DNA from: Candidatus Hydrogenedentota bacterium
GTDB taxonomy: Bacteria > Hydrogenedentota > Hydrogenedentia > Hydrogenedentales > SLHB01
Direction of reading: 5' to 3'
Assembly (NCBI GenBank): GCA_963674865.2
Contig: CAXXYE010000009.1
Span: forward strand, 1,952,001-2,016,000
DNA: 64,000 nt
The notes below the pieces were generated by a model, which was given only the letters and a program-made list of their open reading frames with translations, had not been told where the DNA came from and searched no databases. Made by a program: the position numbers and the translations under genes. How positions within the stretch are numbered: the stretch's first letter is position 1; the number at the start of each line of letters is the position of its first letter. Positions 41,395-50,876 of this stretch are shown piece after piece.

Positions 41395-43509
41395 ATGCAT
41401 AGACGACCTGGTCTGCTCTTCCTGGCCAACGTGGCGCTTTGTCTTGGCTTGCCTGCCGCCACGGCGCAGATGTCAACGGGGCTTCAGATTTGCGGCGCCG
41501 GCGGGCGTGACGGGATTGATTTTCCCGGGGTTTACCCGGGGGAAGCCGCGGTGTCCATATGCGGCGAGGCATTCATCCTTGAGAACGAGGCGCTTACAGC
41601 AAGGTGGTGCACCGAAGCGGGCAGGCTTACCATGGGCCCATTCACGACCCGACATTCAGGAGAAGGCGGTGGTGCGCGGAACGGCGAAGCGTTTGTGCTG
41701 TCTCTGGCAAACGGGCGTACTATCAAGTGTTCGGAACTCGAAATGCGCGGCGCCGCGGCTGTGGTGAAGATCCCCGGCCGTGACGGTGCCCGGAGATTGG
41801 CGGCGCGCTTTGGTGGTGTGCGCGTCAAGGTAAGATTGGCTTCTCCGAACGGCGCGTTTGCGGTTGACTGGGAAGCCGAATTGCGTGACGGATCTAACTA
41901 CGTTGTCCAGCGAACCACGCTGGTGCCGACAGAACACGAATTGCCCATCGGCAAGGTGCGTCTCATCGATCTGGTTGCACCAGGCGCGAAAGCATCCTCC
42001 CTCACGCAGGGCGCACCCATAGTTGCGGGGAGCTTCTTCTTTGCCCTCGAGCACCCCATGTCGGAAAGTACTGTCGACGGCAGCCGCGTACATTGTGAGC
42101 TCCGCCGGTGCCAGGAATTGCATCCCGGAAACAAACTCACGTTGTCTTCCGTCATGGGTGTAACGCCACCAGGCCAGCTTCGCAGAGGTTTTCTGTACTA
42201 CGTGGAACGGGAACGGGCCCATCCCTATCGTCCTTTTCTGCACTACAACTCCTGGTACGATATCGCCTGGATAGATCGAAAGTTCAACGAGTCACAGGCC
42301 CTCGAAGCCATAGAAACCGTGGGGCGCGAACTGACGGCGCAGCGTGGGGTGTCCATAGACTGTTTCGTGTTCGACGACGGCTGGGATGACAACAAGACCC
42401 TGTGGGAATTCCACGACGGCTTTCCGAATGGCTTCACGCGGCTGCGTGAGGCTGCCAGGAGGTATGGCGCCACCGTAGGCACCTGGCTGTCGCCGTTCGG
42501 CGGGTACGGCAAAGCGCGGGAACAGCGTTTGAGATACGGCGTCGAGCAGGGTTACGAGGTCAACCGCAACGGTTTCTCTCTGGCTGGCAAGCGCTACTAC
42601 GCCGGGTTTCGCGGCATCTGCACAAAGATGATGCGCGATTACGGTGTGAAATTCTTCAAGTTCGACGGTATGGGACCCGGAAACAACAAGACCGGCGGCG
42701 AAGAGTTCCTCGAAGACATCGAAGCCTTGATGCGGCTGGTCGGCGAACTGCGGGAACTGGACCCCGACCTGTACATCAGTGCGACCACGGGCACGTGGTG
42801 CACGCCGTATTTTCTTTGGTATGCCGACAACATCTGGCGCAGCGGAAACGACATGGATTTTACTGGAAAAGGCTCGAAGCGCCAGCAGTGGATCAACTAC
42901 CGCGACAGGGAGACCTATCGGAACGTGGTGCGCCAGGGGCCGCTGTACCCGCTGAATTCGATCATGACGCATGGGATAGTCCATGCCCGGCACGGCCATA
43001 CCGCCGAACTGGACGAGGCACCGAAGGATTTCGCCGATGAAGTGTGGTCCTTCTTCGGAAACGGGACAAGCCTGCAGGAACTGTACATCACGCCGCAATT
43101 GCTTACCCCTGAGATGTGGGACATTCTGGCCGCGGCAGCGCGGTGGTCACGGGCCAATGTCGATGTGCTTGTAGATACCCACTGGGTCGGCGGAGACCCG
43201 GGCCGGGGCCAGGTCTACGGCTGGGCGTCTTGGGCGCCGCGCAAGGGAATTCTGGTTCTGCGAAATCCAGACGATATGCCGGCGGCTATCACCCTTGACA
43301 TAAAGGGTGCTTTTGAGTTGCCGGACGGAGCGCCTTCCAGATATCGCCTGGTTTCGCCGGGTCCCGCTACCGCAGCCACCGTGCCTGTTGAGGTTTCAGC
43401 TGGCAACCCCCACGTCTTCTCACTAAACGCTTTTCAGACTATTGTGTATGATGCTGCTCCCATCAATGAGAATGCGCAGGAACAAGCCGATGCAGAACAC
43501 AAATCATGA
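41395..43509 (+). CDS. Secreted clan GH-D-like glycosidase (alpha-galactosidase-like)
   Basis: YRPFLHYNSWYD, VFDDGWDD, FPNGF, GTWLSPFGGY, FFKFDG (putative nucleophile Asp), IWRSGND. Confidence 0.75.
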   Translation: MHRRPGLLFLANVALCLGLPAATAQMSTGLQICGAGGRDGIDFPGVYPGEAAVSICGEAFILENEALTARWCTEAGRLTMGPFTTRHSGEGGGARNGEAFVLSLANGRTIKCSELEMRGAAAVVKIPGRDGARRLAARFGGVRVKVRLASPNGAFAVDWEAELRDGSNYVVQRTTLVPTEHELPIGKVRLIDLVAPGAKASSLTQGAPIVAGSFFFALEHPMSESTVDGSRVHCELRRCQELHPGNKLTLSSVMGVTPPGQLRRGFLYYVERERAHPYRPFLHYNSWYDIAWIDRKFNESQALEAIETVGRELTAQRGVSIDCFVFDDGWDDNKTLWEFHDGFPNGFTRLREAARRYGATVGTWLSPFGGYGKAREQRLRYGVEQGYEVNRNGFSLAGKRYYAGFRGICTKMMRDYGVKFFKFDGMGPGNNKTGGEEFLEDIEALMRLVGELRELDPDLYISATTGTWCTPYFLWYADNIWRSGNDMDFTGKGSKRQQWINYRDRETYRNVVRQGPLYPLNSIMTHGIVHARHGHTAELDEAPKDFADEVWSFFGNGTSLQELYITPQLLTPEMWDILAAAARWSRANVDVLVDTHWVGGDPGRGQVYGWASWAPRKGILVLRNPDDMPAAITLDIKGAFELPDGAPSRYRLVSPGPATAATVPVEVSAGNPHVFSLNAFQTIVYDAAPINENAQEQADAEHKS

Positions 43510-44021
43510 AGATAACGTAACGTGGAGGGTGCTTCGTGCGCCGGGTCTGCATGTTGCGGATGCAGGCCTGGACGATCCGGGGCAAAGGCGTCCGGGTGGG
43601 CAGCGGGTTATCGTGGCCGCAGATACAGGCCGAGTCGAACTGCCGCCGCTCGCCTTTCCCACGTCGCTCGGATGGTGGGTGTTGATCTTGCTCTCTCGGG
43701 CCTAGTCCCAGTGGAAAAGAAGCGCTACTTTTCGCACTTCGCAACAGCGTGGGCATTGGTTAAGTCCCTTCACCACAGGGAGGCGAGATCCAAGTCAGAG
43801 ACCTCCTGCCTTCAGGCATTTGGGCCAACGCGGTCACGAATCGATCGAAGACGCAACTTAAAGCTAATGCTATGCTTAGAGGATCACCCAAGTCTTAGGA
43901 ACCGCTGAAAGCGGCCGCATTCAGGCGTGTTTTGTTACACCTTCCGTGACGCCCGACCCATTTCTAAACAAAAATGGCCAGTGGCTCACTTCTGCAAGCT
44001 ACTGACCTAAAGAGCTTTATG

Positions 44022-44098
44022 TGGTGGGCGGTGCAGGAGTCGAACCTGCGACCCCCTGCGTGTAAAGCAGGTGCTCTAACCAACTGAGCTAACCGCCC
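44022..44098 (-). tRNA. tRNA-Val (anticodon TAC), CCA encoded
   Basis: Reverse complement GGGCGGTTAGCTCAGTTGGTTAGAGCACCTGCTTTACACGCAGGGGGTCGCAGGTTCGACTCCTGCACCGCCCACCA folds as a cloverleaf. Confidence 0.98.
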
Positions 44099-44108
44099 GC
44101 GAAACGGG

Positions 44109-44138
44109 AGTATACCACCCTTGCGGAAGGCAGGACAA
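44109..44138 (-). promoter_or_regulatory. Sigma70-type promoter of tRNA-Val
   Basis: Minus strand TTGTCC-18 nt-TATACT with extended -10 TG, 10 nt upstream of the tRNA. Confidence 0.6.
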
Positions 44139-44165
44139 TCGGCCCGCGCGCGCGGTGGCCGGCCC

Positions 44166-45378
44166 CTGAGTTCTTATTGTAAGTGCAACATGGTTGGGTG
44201 AGTGCCCTTTCCCGTCGGAGCCGTTCGTCGCTCACCCCTGAGCGGCGGCGGACGGCGACAGCGGGAAGGGCCCCCCTTTCCTGTAGGTGAGTTCTGAGCA
44301 CAAGGCAGACAGAACAAGGAAGGCATCGAGGAATCCGTTCGGTACACTGGTTTTTTGCACGAACCAAGAACCGAAAGGAGTCTCGATGCCCTATCGCCAT
44401 CTTACACCAATGGAACGCGGACAGATACAAGCATGGCTTAGCCAAGGGCTGAGTCAACGGGCCATTGCCGTCCAGTTGGGCCGTAGCGCCTCGACGGTGT
44501 GCCGGGAACTGGCTCGGAATCGGGCCCCGTCCAAGGCATATTCCGCGGCGCGCGCCCAGAAACGATACGAGCAGGTCCGCAAGACTTGCCGAAGAACCAC
44601 CTCGCTCAGTGAGCCGGCGTTACGGCGCTATCTCTTCGACAAGATGACGGAAGGATGGTCACCGGAGCAGATTGCGGGCCGCCTCTGGCTGGATTTCCCC
44701 GGCCAACCGCGCATGCGCGTCAGTCCCGAGACCATCTACCGCTCGTTGTACACCGATGAAAAGCTAGGCAATCCCTTGATCGGTTGTCTTCGACGCCGGC
44801 GGCCGCGCCGCCGCAAACGCGGGGAGCGCCGCCCCACGAGGCCCTTCATTCCCAATCGCGTCGGCATCGAGGCCCGGCCGCCCGAGGTCGCCACCCGAAA
44901 GCGCTACGGGGATTGGGAAGGAGATCTACTCGTCGGGGCCAACCAACAGGGCGCCGTGCTTACCCTGGTGGAACGTAAGTCCTTGCTGCTACGGGCCGCA
45001 CTGCTCGGCTCCCGTCATGCCGACGGCGTCGCCCAGGCTGCCATCGACCAACTCAGGCACCTGCCCGCCCACTGGACAAAGACCATCACCTTCGATAACG
45101 GCAGCGAATTCGCTCACCACAGACACATCGCCGAGGTCTTGGGCCTCGACACCTACTTCGCCAATCCCTATGCCGCCTACGAGCGCGGCACCAACGAAAA
45201 CACCAACGGCCTCCTACGCCAGTATCTCCCCAAGAACACCAACTTCAGGGAAATTGCCGAAAGCCAGCTCCAAAGCTACGTCCGTCAACTTAACAACAGG
45301 CCACGCAAAAAACTGGGATACCGAACTCCTAACGAAGTCTTCAAGCTACACGCCGTTGCACTTGCTCATTGAATCCAG
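44166..45378 (+). mobile_element. IS30-family insertion sequence
   Basis: Imperfect terminal IRs CTGAGTTCTTATTGTAAGTGCAAC (44166-44189) and GTTGCACTTGCTCATTGAATCCAG (45355-45378) enclose the transposase. Confidence 0.9.
44386..45372 (+). CDS. IS30-family DDE transposase
   Basis: YRHLT..ER HTH, WSPEQIAGRL, SPETIY, GDWEGD, ITFDNGSEF, ERGTNENTNGLLRQY, LNNRPRK; AAAGGAG RBS. Confidence 0.95.
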   Translation: MPYRHLTPMERGQIQAWLSQGLSQRAIAVQLGRSASTVCRELARNRAPSKAYSAARAQKRYEQVRKTCRRTTSLSEPALRRYLFDKMTEGWSPEQIAGRLWLDFPGQPRMRVSPETIYRSLYTDEKLGNPLIGCLRRRRPRRRKRGERRPTRPFIPNRVGIEARPPEVATRKRYGDWEGDLLVGANQQGAVLTLVERKSLLLRAALLGSRHADGVAQAAIDQLRHLPAHWTKTITFDNGSEFAHHRHIAEVLGLDTYFANPYAAYERGTNENTNGLLRQYLPKNTNFREIAESQLQSYVRQLNNRPRKKLGYRTPNEVFKLHAVALAH

Positions 45379-45538
45379 CGCCTACGGATTAGGCCGTGCC
45401 GAGGTGTCTTTGGGGAAGGCATTCGCGATCTGAGCAGCCACGCCCAGTTCCCTTTGGGTGGGGAGGGCTTTCTGGACGAAGTCATTCCCACGCGCCGTGT
45501 GCGCGACGCGGCCCAGTTGCGAGAGGGCTGAGGGGGCT

Positions 45539-47242
45539 TTATGCGCCGAGGCCGCTCAACCAGTACACGATGCGGATCATGAGATACACCATGAGCCAGA
45601 AGAAGGCGAAGCCGGCCATGCCCACCACCGTCGGTTTGGGGATTTCGAGGTCGGGGTGATCGATGAGCTTGTTGGGCGGGCCGGGCTCGACCCCCTCAGG
45701 CAGGGAGAAGGGCTCGAGATGAGGCTCGTTGTCGCCGACAGGCGTCCGGAGGCAGTTGTAGAGCCGATCAAGGCGCTCCTCGGGGACGCGTTTGGTGATG
45801 AGGCTGACGAGGATCACGGCCGCGAAGCCGGCCGTGAGGTAGCAGAGAATCTGCCAGGACTCGAGGAATTTCCCGTTGAACACCATGAATTCGGGCAGGT
45901 GCGCCACCGCGAAGGTGTGGAAGAATTCCCGGCCGGTGACGAGCCAGACGACGAAGGTGGTGAGTGTCCCTGCCCATGCGCCCGCCACGGTTGATCGACG
46001 CCAGAACAGGCCCACCCAGAAGGCGGCGGCCGTGAGCGCCGAGAATTTCCAGAAGACTTTCAGCCCTTCCACAACATCTTTGAAAGAGAAGGCGAACACG
46101 AGGGCCATGGCGACGATCACCACGGACGCGATCCGGCCCACGAGGACGTAGTGCTGCTCATCCTTGCCCGGGGCGAAGTAGCGCCGGTAGATATTCTGTG
46201 TCCAGAGGCCGGAGCAGGACACCATGAACGCGTCGCAGGAGGACATGACGGACGCCAGCATGGACGCCAGGAAAACGCCGACGAGTCCCGGCAGGATCTT
46301 CGGGAGCAGTTCCCGCGCCATGAGGCCGTAGGTTTCGTCGACGGCCGCGCCTTCGAGGCCGGGATAGAGCACGACGGCGCACAGGCCTGTGAGCATCCAG
46401 GCCACGGTGCAGATGCGCTTCAGCAGGTTGCCGCCTGCAAATCCGACGCGGCCGTCCAACTCATTGCGGCCGGCGGCGCATACGCCCATGATGTGCGGCT
46501 GGCAAACGATGCCGAGAGTTGCATTCAAGGCGAGCATGCTGATGAAGAAGAAGGTGAGTTGCTCCGCGGCGACGATCTGGAACATCGCAGGATCGGCAAT
46601 CTTCTCGTGCAGGCCGGCGAATCCGCCTACCTCGCGCAGGGCGAAGGGCAGCACCATGAACGACAGGAGAACCGTCAGAATGCCTTGGATGAAATCCGTG
46701 ATGATGGCCGCGCTCAGTCCTCCGGCGACGCCGTAGAACACGAAGAGCAGCGTCAATGACGGAATGGCGACGGCGAGCGGGATAGCGCCGCCGGTGAGGG
46801 CCTTGATCACCGTTCCGGCGCCCAGGAGCATGACGCCCATGTTGGCCGAAAGCTGCAGGATTCCAACGACGGAGAACAACGCCCCGACGCCGGGGCTGTA
46901 GCGCTGATCGAAGTAGTCGCCCGTCGTCACGGCGCGCATGCGCCGGAAGATGGGGGCGATGAGCCAGTAGAAGGGCGTCGCAAAAAGCCAGAGCCACTGC
47001 CACCAGATGCCTGACATGCCCGCGCGGTAGGTACCTGACGCCACGCCCACAGCCTGGTTGCCGTTGGTGCCCGCGCCAAACGAGAAGAACACCATCATCG
47101 TCTTGCCGAATCGCCGGCCGCCGATGAAGAAGTCCGCCGTGTCCTTGATCTTCTTCGCAGTCCAAACGCCGATGCCGACGATCACGCAGAAGTAAATCCC
47201 CAGCGTGAACCAGTCCCAACCCCCGATGCCAAGCACTTGCAT
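45539..47242 (-). CDS. Sodium:solute symporter family protein
   Basis: AAGGAG RBS; DFFIGGR, GGLSAAIITDFIQG, GLVGVFLASMLASVMSSCD, VLVGRI; many TM segments. Confidence 0.9.
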   Translation of the reverse strand: MQVLGIGGWDWFTLGIYFCVIVGIGVWTAKKIKDTADFFIGGRRFGKTMMVFFSFGAGTNGNQAVGVASGTYRAGMSGIWWQWLWLFATPFYWLIAPIFRRMRAVTTGDYFDQRYSPGVGALFSVVGILQLSANMGVMLLGAGTVIKALTGGAIPLAVAIPSLTLLFVFYGVAGGLSAAIITDFIQGILTVLLSFMVLPFALREVGGFAGLHEKIADPAMFQIVAAEQLTFFFISMLALNATLGIVCQPHIMGVCAAGRNELDGRVGFAGGNLLKRICTVAWMLTGLCAVVLYPGLEGAAVDETYGLMARELLPKILPGLVGVFLASMLASVMSSCDAFMVSCSGLWTQNIYRRYFAPGKDEQHYVLVGRIASVVIVAMALVFAFSFKDVVEGLKVFWKFSALTAAAFWVGLFWRRSTVAGAWAGTLTTFVVWLVTGREFFHTFAVAHLPEFMVFNGKFLESWQILCYLTAGFAAVILVSLITKRVPEERLDRLYNCLRTPVGDNEPHLEPFSLPEGVEPGPPNKLIDHPDLEIPKPTVVGMAGFAFFWLMVYLMIRIVYWLSGLGA

Positions 47243-47344
47243 GCGCCCGCTCCTTACCGTGGAATGAAGCCTGTCGAAATCCCGCCCAAGATGTGCGCCA
47301 TGGTAGTGGACGGCCCAGCCGCGCGTCAAGATGGGGGAGGTAGC

Positions 47345-47374
47345 CGCAGATGGACACGGATGAACGCAGATTGA
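47345..47374 (+). repeat. 10-nt-periodic REP-like repeat, copy 1
   Basis: CGCAGATGGACACGGATGAACGCAGATTGA, running into the hairpin TTGACAGCC-GCCGGA-GGCTGTCAA. Confidence 0.85.
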
Positions 47375-47672
47375 CAGCCGCCGGAGGCTGTCAACGTAGC
47401 GTCGTCCATTGCAAGCTGTGAGAGGGCGGTGTATTATCGAAGCAGGTGCCCGAGGCCAGGATGCGATGGCGGGCATGGCGAACGGGGGCGAGGCGGTTGA
47501 GATCTACGAAGTATGACGACAGCTGCTTTGGGCGATTTCACTCGCCGTGGCCGCGGCGGCCTTTCCGGCGCTCTGCGTGCTGTGGCTGGTGTTGCCGATA
47601 CACTTGCCGGATCACGTGGCGGACGCCACGCGGATGGAGGCGGCGTGTGATCATTGACTTGATGTCGCCAAA

Positions 47673-48095
47673 GTGAAGGTGTCTCGTTTCATGCGTTACG
47701 CGGTAAAGGCAGAGTTCATGAAGGACTTCGAGGCGCCGCGCCGCCTCGTCCGGTGGCCGATACTCCGCGCGCTCTGGCGTGCCGTCGCTGCATTCATAGT
47801 TGCGCTATCGTACTTGGGGGCGTTCACCGCAACGACTCTCGCGGCGTCTATGCCGTCTCAGTTGGTGCGAGTCCATGGCACGAATCGAGAGCTGTACGTG
47901 AGCGCGGCCGCGATGAACCTTGCGTGCATTCTCATCTTATGCATCATCTTCGGCCGCCGGGTGTGGCGCGGCCTGCGGATTCGATTCATCGATGTGGATC
48001 TACTGGTGATGTTCCTAGGATTGCTTCTCGCGTTCTCCTTTGTCGCTTGCACCATCTTGGATTTTGAGGGGTGGGTTCTGAATAACTCGATGTAA
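47673..48095 (+). CDS. Small hypothetical membrane protein (start uncertain)
   Basis: 140-aa ORF with about three hydrophobic segments; no motif recognised. Confidence 0.5.
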   Translation: MKVSRFMRYAVKAEFMKDFEAPRRLVRWPILRALWRAVAAFIVALSYLGAFTATTLAASMPSQLVRVHGTNRELYVSAAAMNLACILILCIIFGRRVWRGLRIRFIDVDLLVMFLGLLLAFSFVACTILDFEGWVLNNSM

Positions 48096-48232
48096 CGGAC
48101 GGGGACGCCTGTGGCCGGGCGATCGAGCCGGGAAATGTTGGGCGTGCCGCCTGGGCACAACAGCGCGCTGACGGATGAAGGGCCTTAGAGAGGCCGCTTT
48201 CGTGGTGGGTTGCGCACGGTGGAGTCTGGTTC

Positions 48233-48778
48233 ATGCTGAGAAGACTATTGAGATTCTCCAAAGCGGCGATCATGACAATGCTTGGAGGGATTGCTGCTGT
48301 CTGTATAGTCCTACTTGCCGTCTTTGGCCTCCTGAAGTGGTATGACATGTGGCGCACATCCGATTGGATTGTCGTAGATGGAATAATCACACGATTGGCG
48401 ACGGGCAGCCACGGCCGCGGTGAAAGCCAAGTGCCGGAGTCTCAAGGCTGCTGTCTAGTGCTGTGTGATTACACGTATGGGTTTGGGGAGACAACCTATA
48501 CCAATGACAAGGTTACGGGAGTCTGGTTTGATGCCTTATCTTGCGAGTCTCCGGAGTACCTGGTGCTCAAGCAATGCCAGGAGCGTGGCGAGCACATCCA
48601 AGTCTGGGTGAATCCGGAGGAGCCTGCGGAGTCGGTTCTATTCCGTACGGAATTGGCGGCGGAGATGTTCTTTGGCCCTGCACTCGCAGCGTTGTTCTTG
48701 ATCGCGTGGGCAATGAGCGCGGTGGTGAGGAGGGAGCGAAGGCTTGCGGAACAGGCTGCGGGCCATTCGCGGGAGTAG
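48233..48778 (+). CDS. DUF3592-like membrane protein
   Basis: N-terminal TM, W..VDGII, DYTYGFG..Y, IQVWVNPEEPAESVL, C-terminal TM. Confidence 0.7.
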   Translation: MLRRLLRFSKAAIMTMLGGIAAVCIVLLAVFGLLKWYDMWRTSDWIVVDGIITRLATGSHGRGESQVPESQGCCLVLCDYTYGFGETTYTNDKVTGVWFDALSCESPEYLVLKQCQERGEHIQVWVNPEEPAESVLFRTELAAEMFFGPALAALFLIAWAMSAVVRRERRLAEQAAGHSRE

Positions 48779-48795
48779 GCCGGTGCGCTGTGGAA

Positions 48796-48825
48796 CGCAG
48801 ATGGAGACGGATGAACGCAGATTGA
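48796..48825 (+). repeat. 10-nt-periodic REP-like repeat, copy 2
   Basis: CGCAGATGGAGACGGATGAACGCAGATTGA, 29/30 identical to 47345-47374. Confidence 0.85.
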
Positions 48826-48874
48826 AGCGTGCCGGCGCGCGTATGTGCCGGCGGGCAGTGGGAATTCACGTGGC

Positions 48875-50422
48875 CTAGAGTTCTTCCTCGTCCACCTCAT
48901 CGAGTCGCGTATCGACGACGCCCTTCACCTCGTGGATAGCTATATTGCTCGCGTTCTTGAGGAGGAAGTGCGGAGCGTCTTCTTCCTCTTGCGCGTCAAC
49001 GTGAGAGAAGGAGGCATCGTGGACGTCATCCAAAACGAACGCGGGGCGTTCATCGCCGTTGATGCAGCGCAGGATGACGTTGTTGACTCTCAGGCCTTTC
49101 ACATGCCGGAAATACACGCCATAGGCCGGCATGGACTGCCATCGATAGGGATCCGGGTACACGTCAATGTTCTCGGGGACCTCGCCATCGGCGGCACCTC
49201 TTGAGGCGCCCCCCCGGTAGTAGATGCGGATATTGTCAAGCGTCAGATCTTCGATGTAATGTCCGGGGATGCCCATCACCATTCCTGCGCCCAGTCCCGG
49301 CGCTTTCGGGCGGCCGCCCACATCGTAGACGTTCATGTTGCTGATGGTGATGCGCCTGCACGTGCCGACGGGAGTCCCCTCCGGGCCTCGCATGCGTGCG
49401 CTCAGCCGGATAAAGAAGGGCGTATCTGTTATATCGCGCATGGTGATGTTGTTGAAGACAACATCTTCAATGGCGCCGCCGTCGGCCGTCTCGATGCACA
49501 GTCCTCGCGAGCGCTGGAACACACAATTGGAGACGGCGATGTTCTTGAAGCCGCCGTTGGATTCCGTTCCCAGCTTGAGGCGGCCGGTGATGCAGTGCTT
49601 CGCGCCTGGCGCCTCGTCTGCGAACTCGCTCTTGAACGTGCCGTCCAGCAGCGAGCCGTGATCATAGCCATACACCTGGCAATTGGTGATGGCCACATTC
49701 TCCGTGGCGCGCGCGTAGCCGAGGGCGAACGAGGACTTCAGGCAAAGCCCATCGTCGGTAGGCGAGTTGATGATGCAGTTTGAGATGAGGACATTCTTGC
49801 AGCAGTCGATATCGAAACCGTCGCGATCGGCGTCAACACGGACATTGTCGATGGTTAGGTTATCCACGCCCGTGGCCAGGATGCCGAAGTGGCCGCCATG
49901 AAGGATGGAGATGTCTCGAATGGTTACATTGTGGCAGTTCTTCAAGGCGATGGCCTTGTTGCCTGAGCCTTCGATATCCGGCTTGTCGTATGTCTGTAAT
50001 CCTCTGCCCCAGATCTTTCCAGCGCCCGTGATCGCAATGTCATGGAGGCCGTCGCCGTAGATGAGGCTGTTCCGCCAGTAGCTGTGCCCGAAGTCCTGAA
50101 ACTGGTTGTACCAGGCGGATTCCTCAGGCGCGTCGTATCCCACGCCGTCCTTCTCTTCGTCGCCAATCAAAACAGCCCCCGCGTCAAGGTGCAGCGTGAT
50201 ATTGCTTCGCAGATGGATCGTGTAGGAGAGATAGTCGCCCGCGGGGAAGTGGATCGTCCCGCCGCCATGCTCCGCCGCCGCATCGATGGCGGCATTGATG
50301 GCCTCGGTGCAATTGGTTTTGCCGTCTCCCCGCGCTCCGAAGTCGAGCGCATTGTAGGGGGCTTCCTGAGCGGCGGCGGATGCCGCCACCAGGCAGAAGG
50401 CAAGTGCTGCAATCTCTCTCAT
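48875..50422 (-). CDS. Glycoside hydrolase family 28 (polygalacturonase-like), secreted
   Basis: Signal peptide; DFGARGDG, FPAGDY, DRDGFDID, TDDGLCLKS, LKLGTES; GAGGA RBS. Confidence 0.88.
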   Translation of the reverse strand: MREIAALAFCLVAASAAAQEAPYNALDFGARGDGKTNCTEAINAAIDAAAEHGGGTIHFPAGDYLSYTIHLRSNITLHLDAGAVLIGDEEKDGVGYDAPEESAWYNQFQDFGHSYWRNSLIYGDGLHDIAITGAGKIWGRGLQTYDKPDIEGSGNKAIALKNCHNVTIRDISILHGGHFGILATGVDNLTIDNVRVDADRDGFDIDCCKNVLISNCIINSPTDDGLCLKSSFALGYARATENVAITNCQVYGYDHGSLLDGTFKSEFADEAPGAKHCITGRLKLGTESNGGFKNIAVSNCVFQRSRGLCIETADGGAIEDVVFNNITMRDITDTPFFIRLSARMRGPEGTPVGTCRRITISNMNVYDVGGRPKAPGLGAGMVMGIPGHYIEDLTLDNIRIYYRGGASRGAADGEVPENIDVYPDPYRWQSMPAYGVYFRHVKGLRVNNVILRCINGDERPAFVLDDVHDASFSHVDAQEEEDAPHFLLKNASNIAIHEVKGVVDTRLDEVDEEEL

Positions 50423-50631
50423 CTGATCTTTCCTCGATGGATAGTCTGGACGCCTGCTCAACCGTGTCGAATTGTGGAATAGGCCAGCAGGTACTCCGAC
50501 TGGGGAGCCCGGAAATGTGTCCGACGCGACGCCATTGTGATTCTGATGAAGACCTCGCCTGAGTTAATCAGAAGCGGCGCGGCGATTCAAGCGCCTGCTA
50601 GGTCTTGCCTTTGCGGGAAACGGCTCTTCAG

Positions 50632-50711
50632 AGCCACAGATGTGCACAGATGAACGCAGATAAGAACATGTACAGTGTTTCATCGGCGTGTATCTGTGTT
50701 CATCGGTGGCT
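50632..50711. repeat. Palindromic pair of the 10-nt-periodic repeat
   Basis: AGCCACAGATGTGCACAGATGAACGCAGAT, 20-nt spacer, ATCGGCGTGTATCTGTGTTCATCGGTGGCT; the arms are 24/30 complementary. Confidence 0.85.
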
Positions 50712-50724
50712 ACACTCTTAAGGG

Positions 50725-50820
50725 ATGAGGATTGAAGCGAACGACGTCGCGGGGCGCGTCATCGGCTGTGTACATGGCGTGCGCGGGTGGCCGCGTTGCC
50801 GGCGGCGAGAGAATGGTTGA
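50725..50820 (+). pseudogene. Possible N-terminal fragment of a GxxExxY (PD-(D/E)XK) protein
   Basis: MRIEANDVAGRVIGCVHGV resembles the N..T..IIGCA..VH start of GxxExxY proteins, then loses similarity. Confidence 0.35.
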
Positions 50821-50876
50821 CTTCGTAGCCTGTCCCGTTGTCTCCTAGAGATAGGCTTTTCGGGTGGGGCCTGAAG

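Noticed and set aside
43463..43908. Integrase remnant next to the tRNA
   Set aside because: No tyrosine- or serine-recombinase motifs in the frames I could read.
48088..48145. Integron attC site (ATGTAAC ... GTTGGGC), and a similar GTTAGG near 51632
   Set aside because: The R boxes are poorly complementary, I see no convincing L boxes or stem, and there is no integron integrase in the window.
47345..50711. CRISPR array from the 30-bp repeats
   Set aside because: Copies are more than 1.4 kb apart or inverted, there are no regular spacers, and no cas genes are present.
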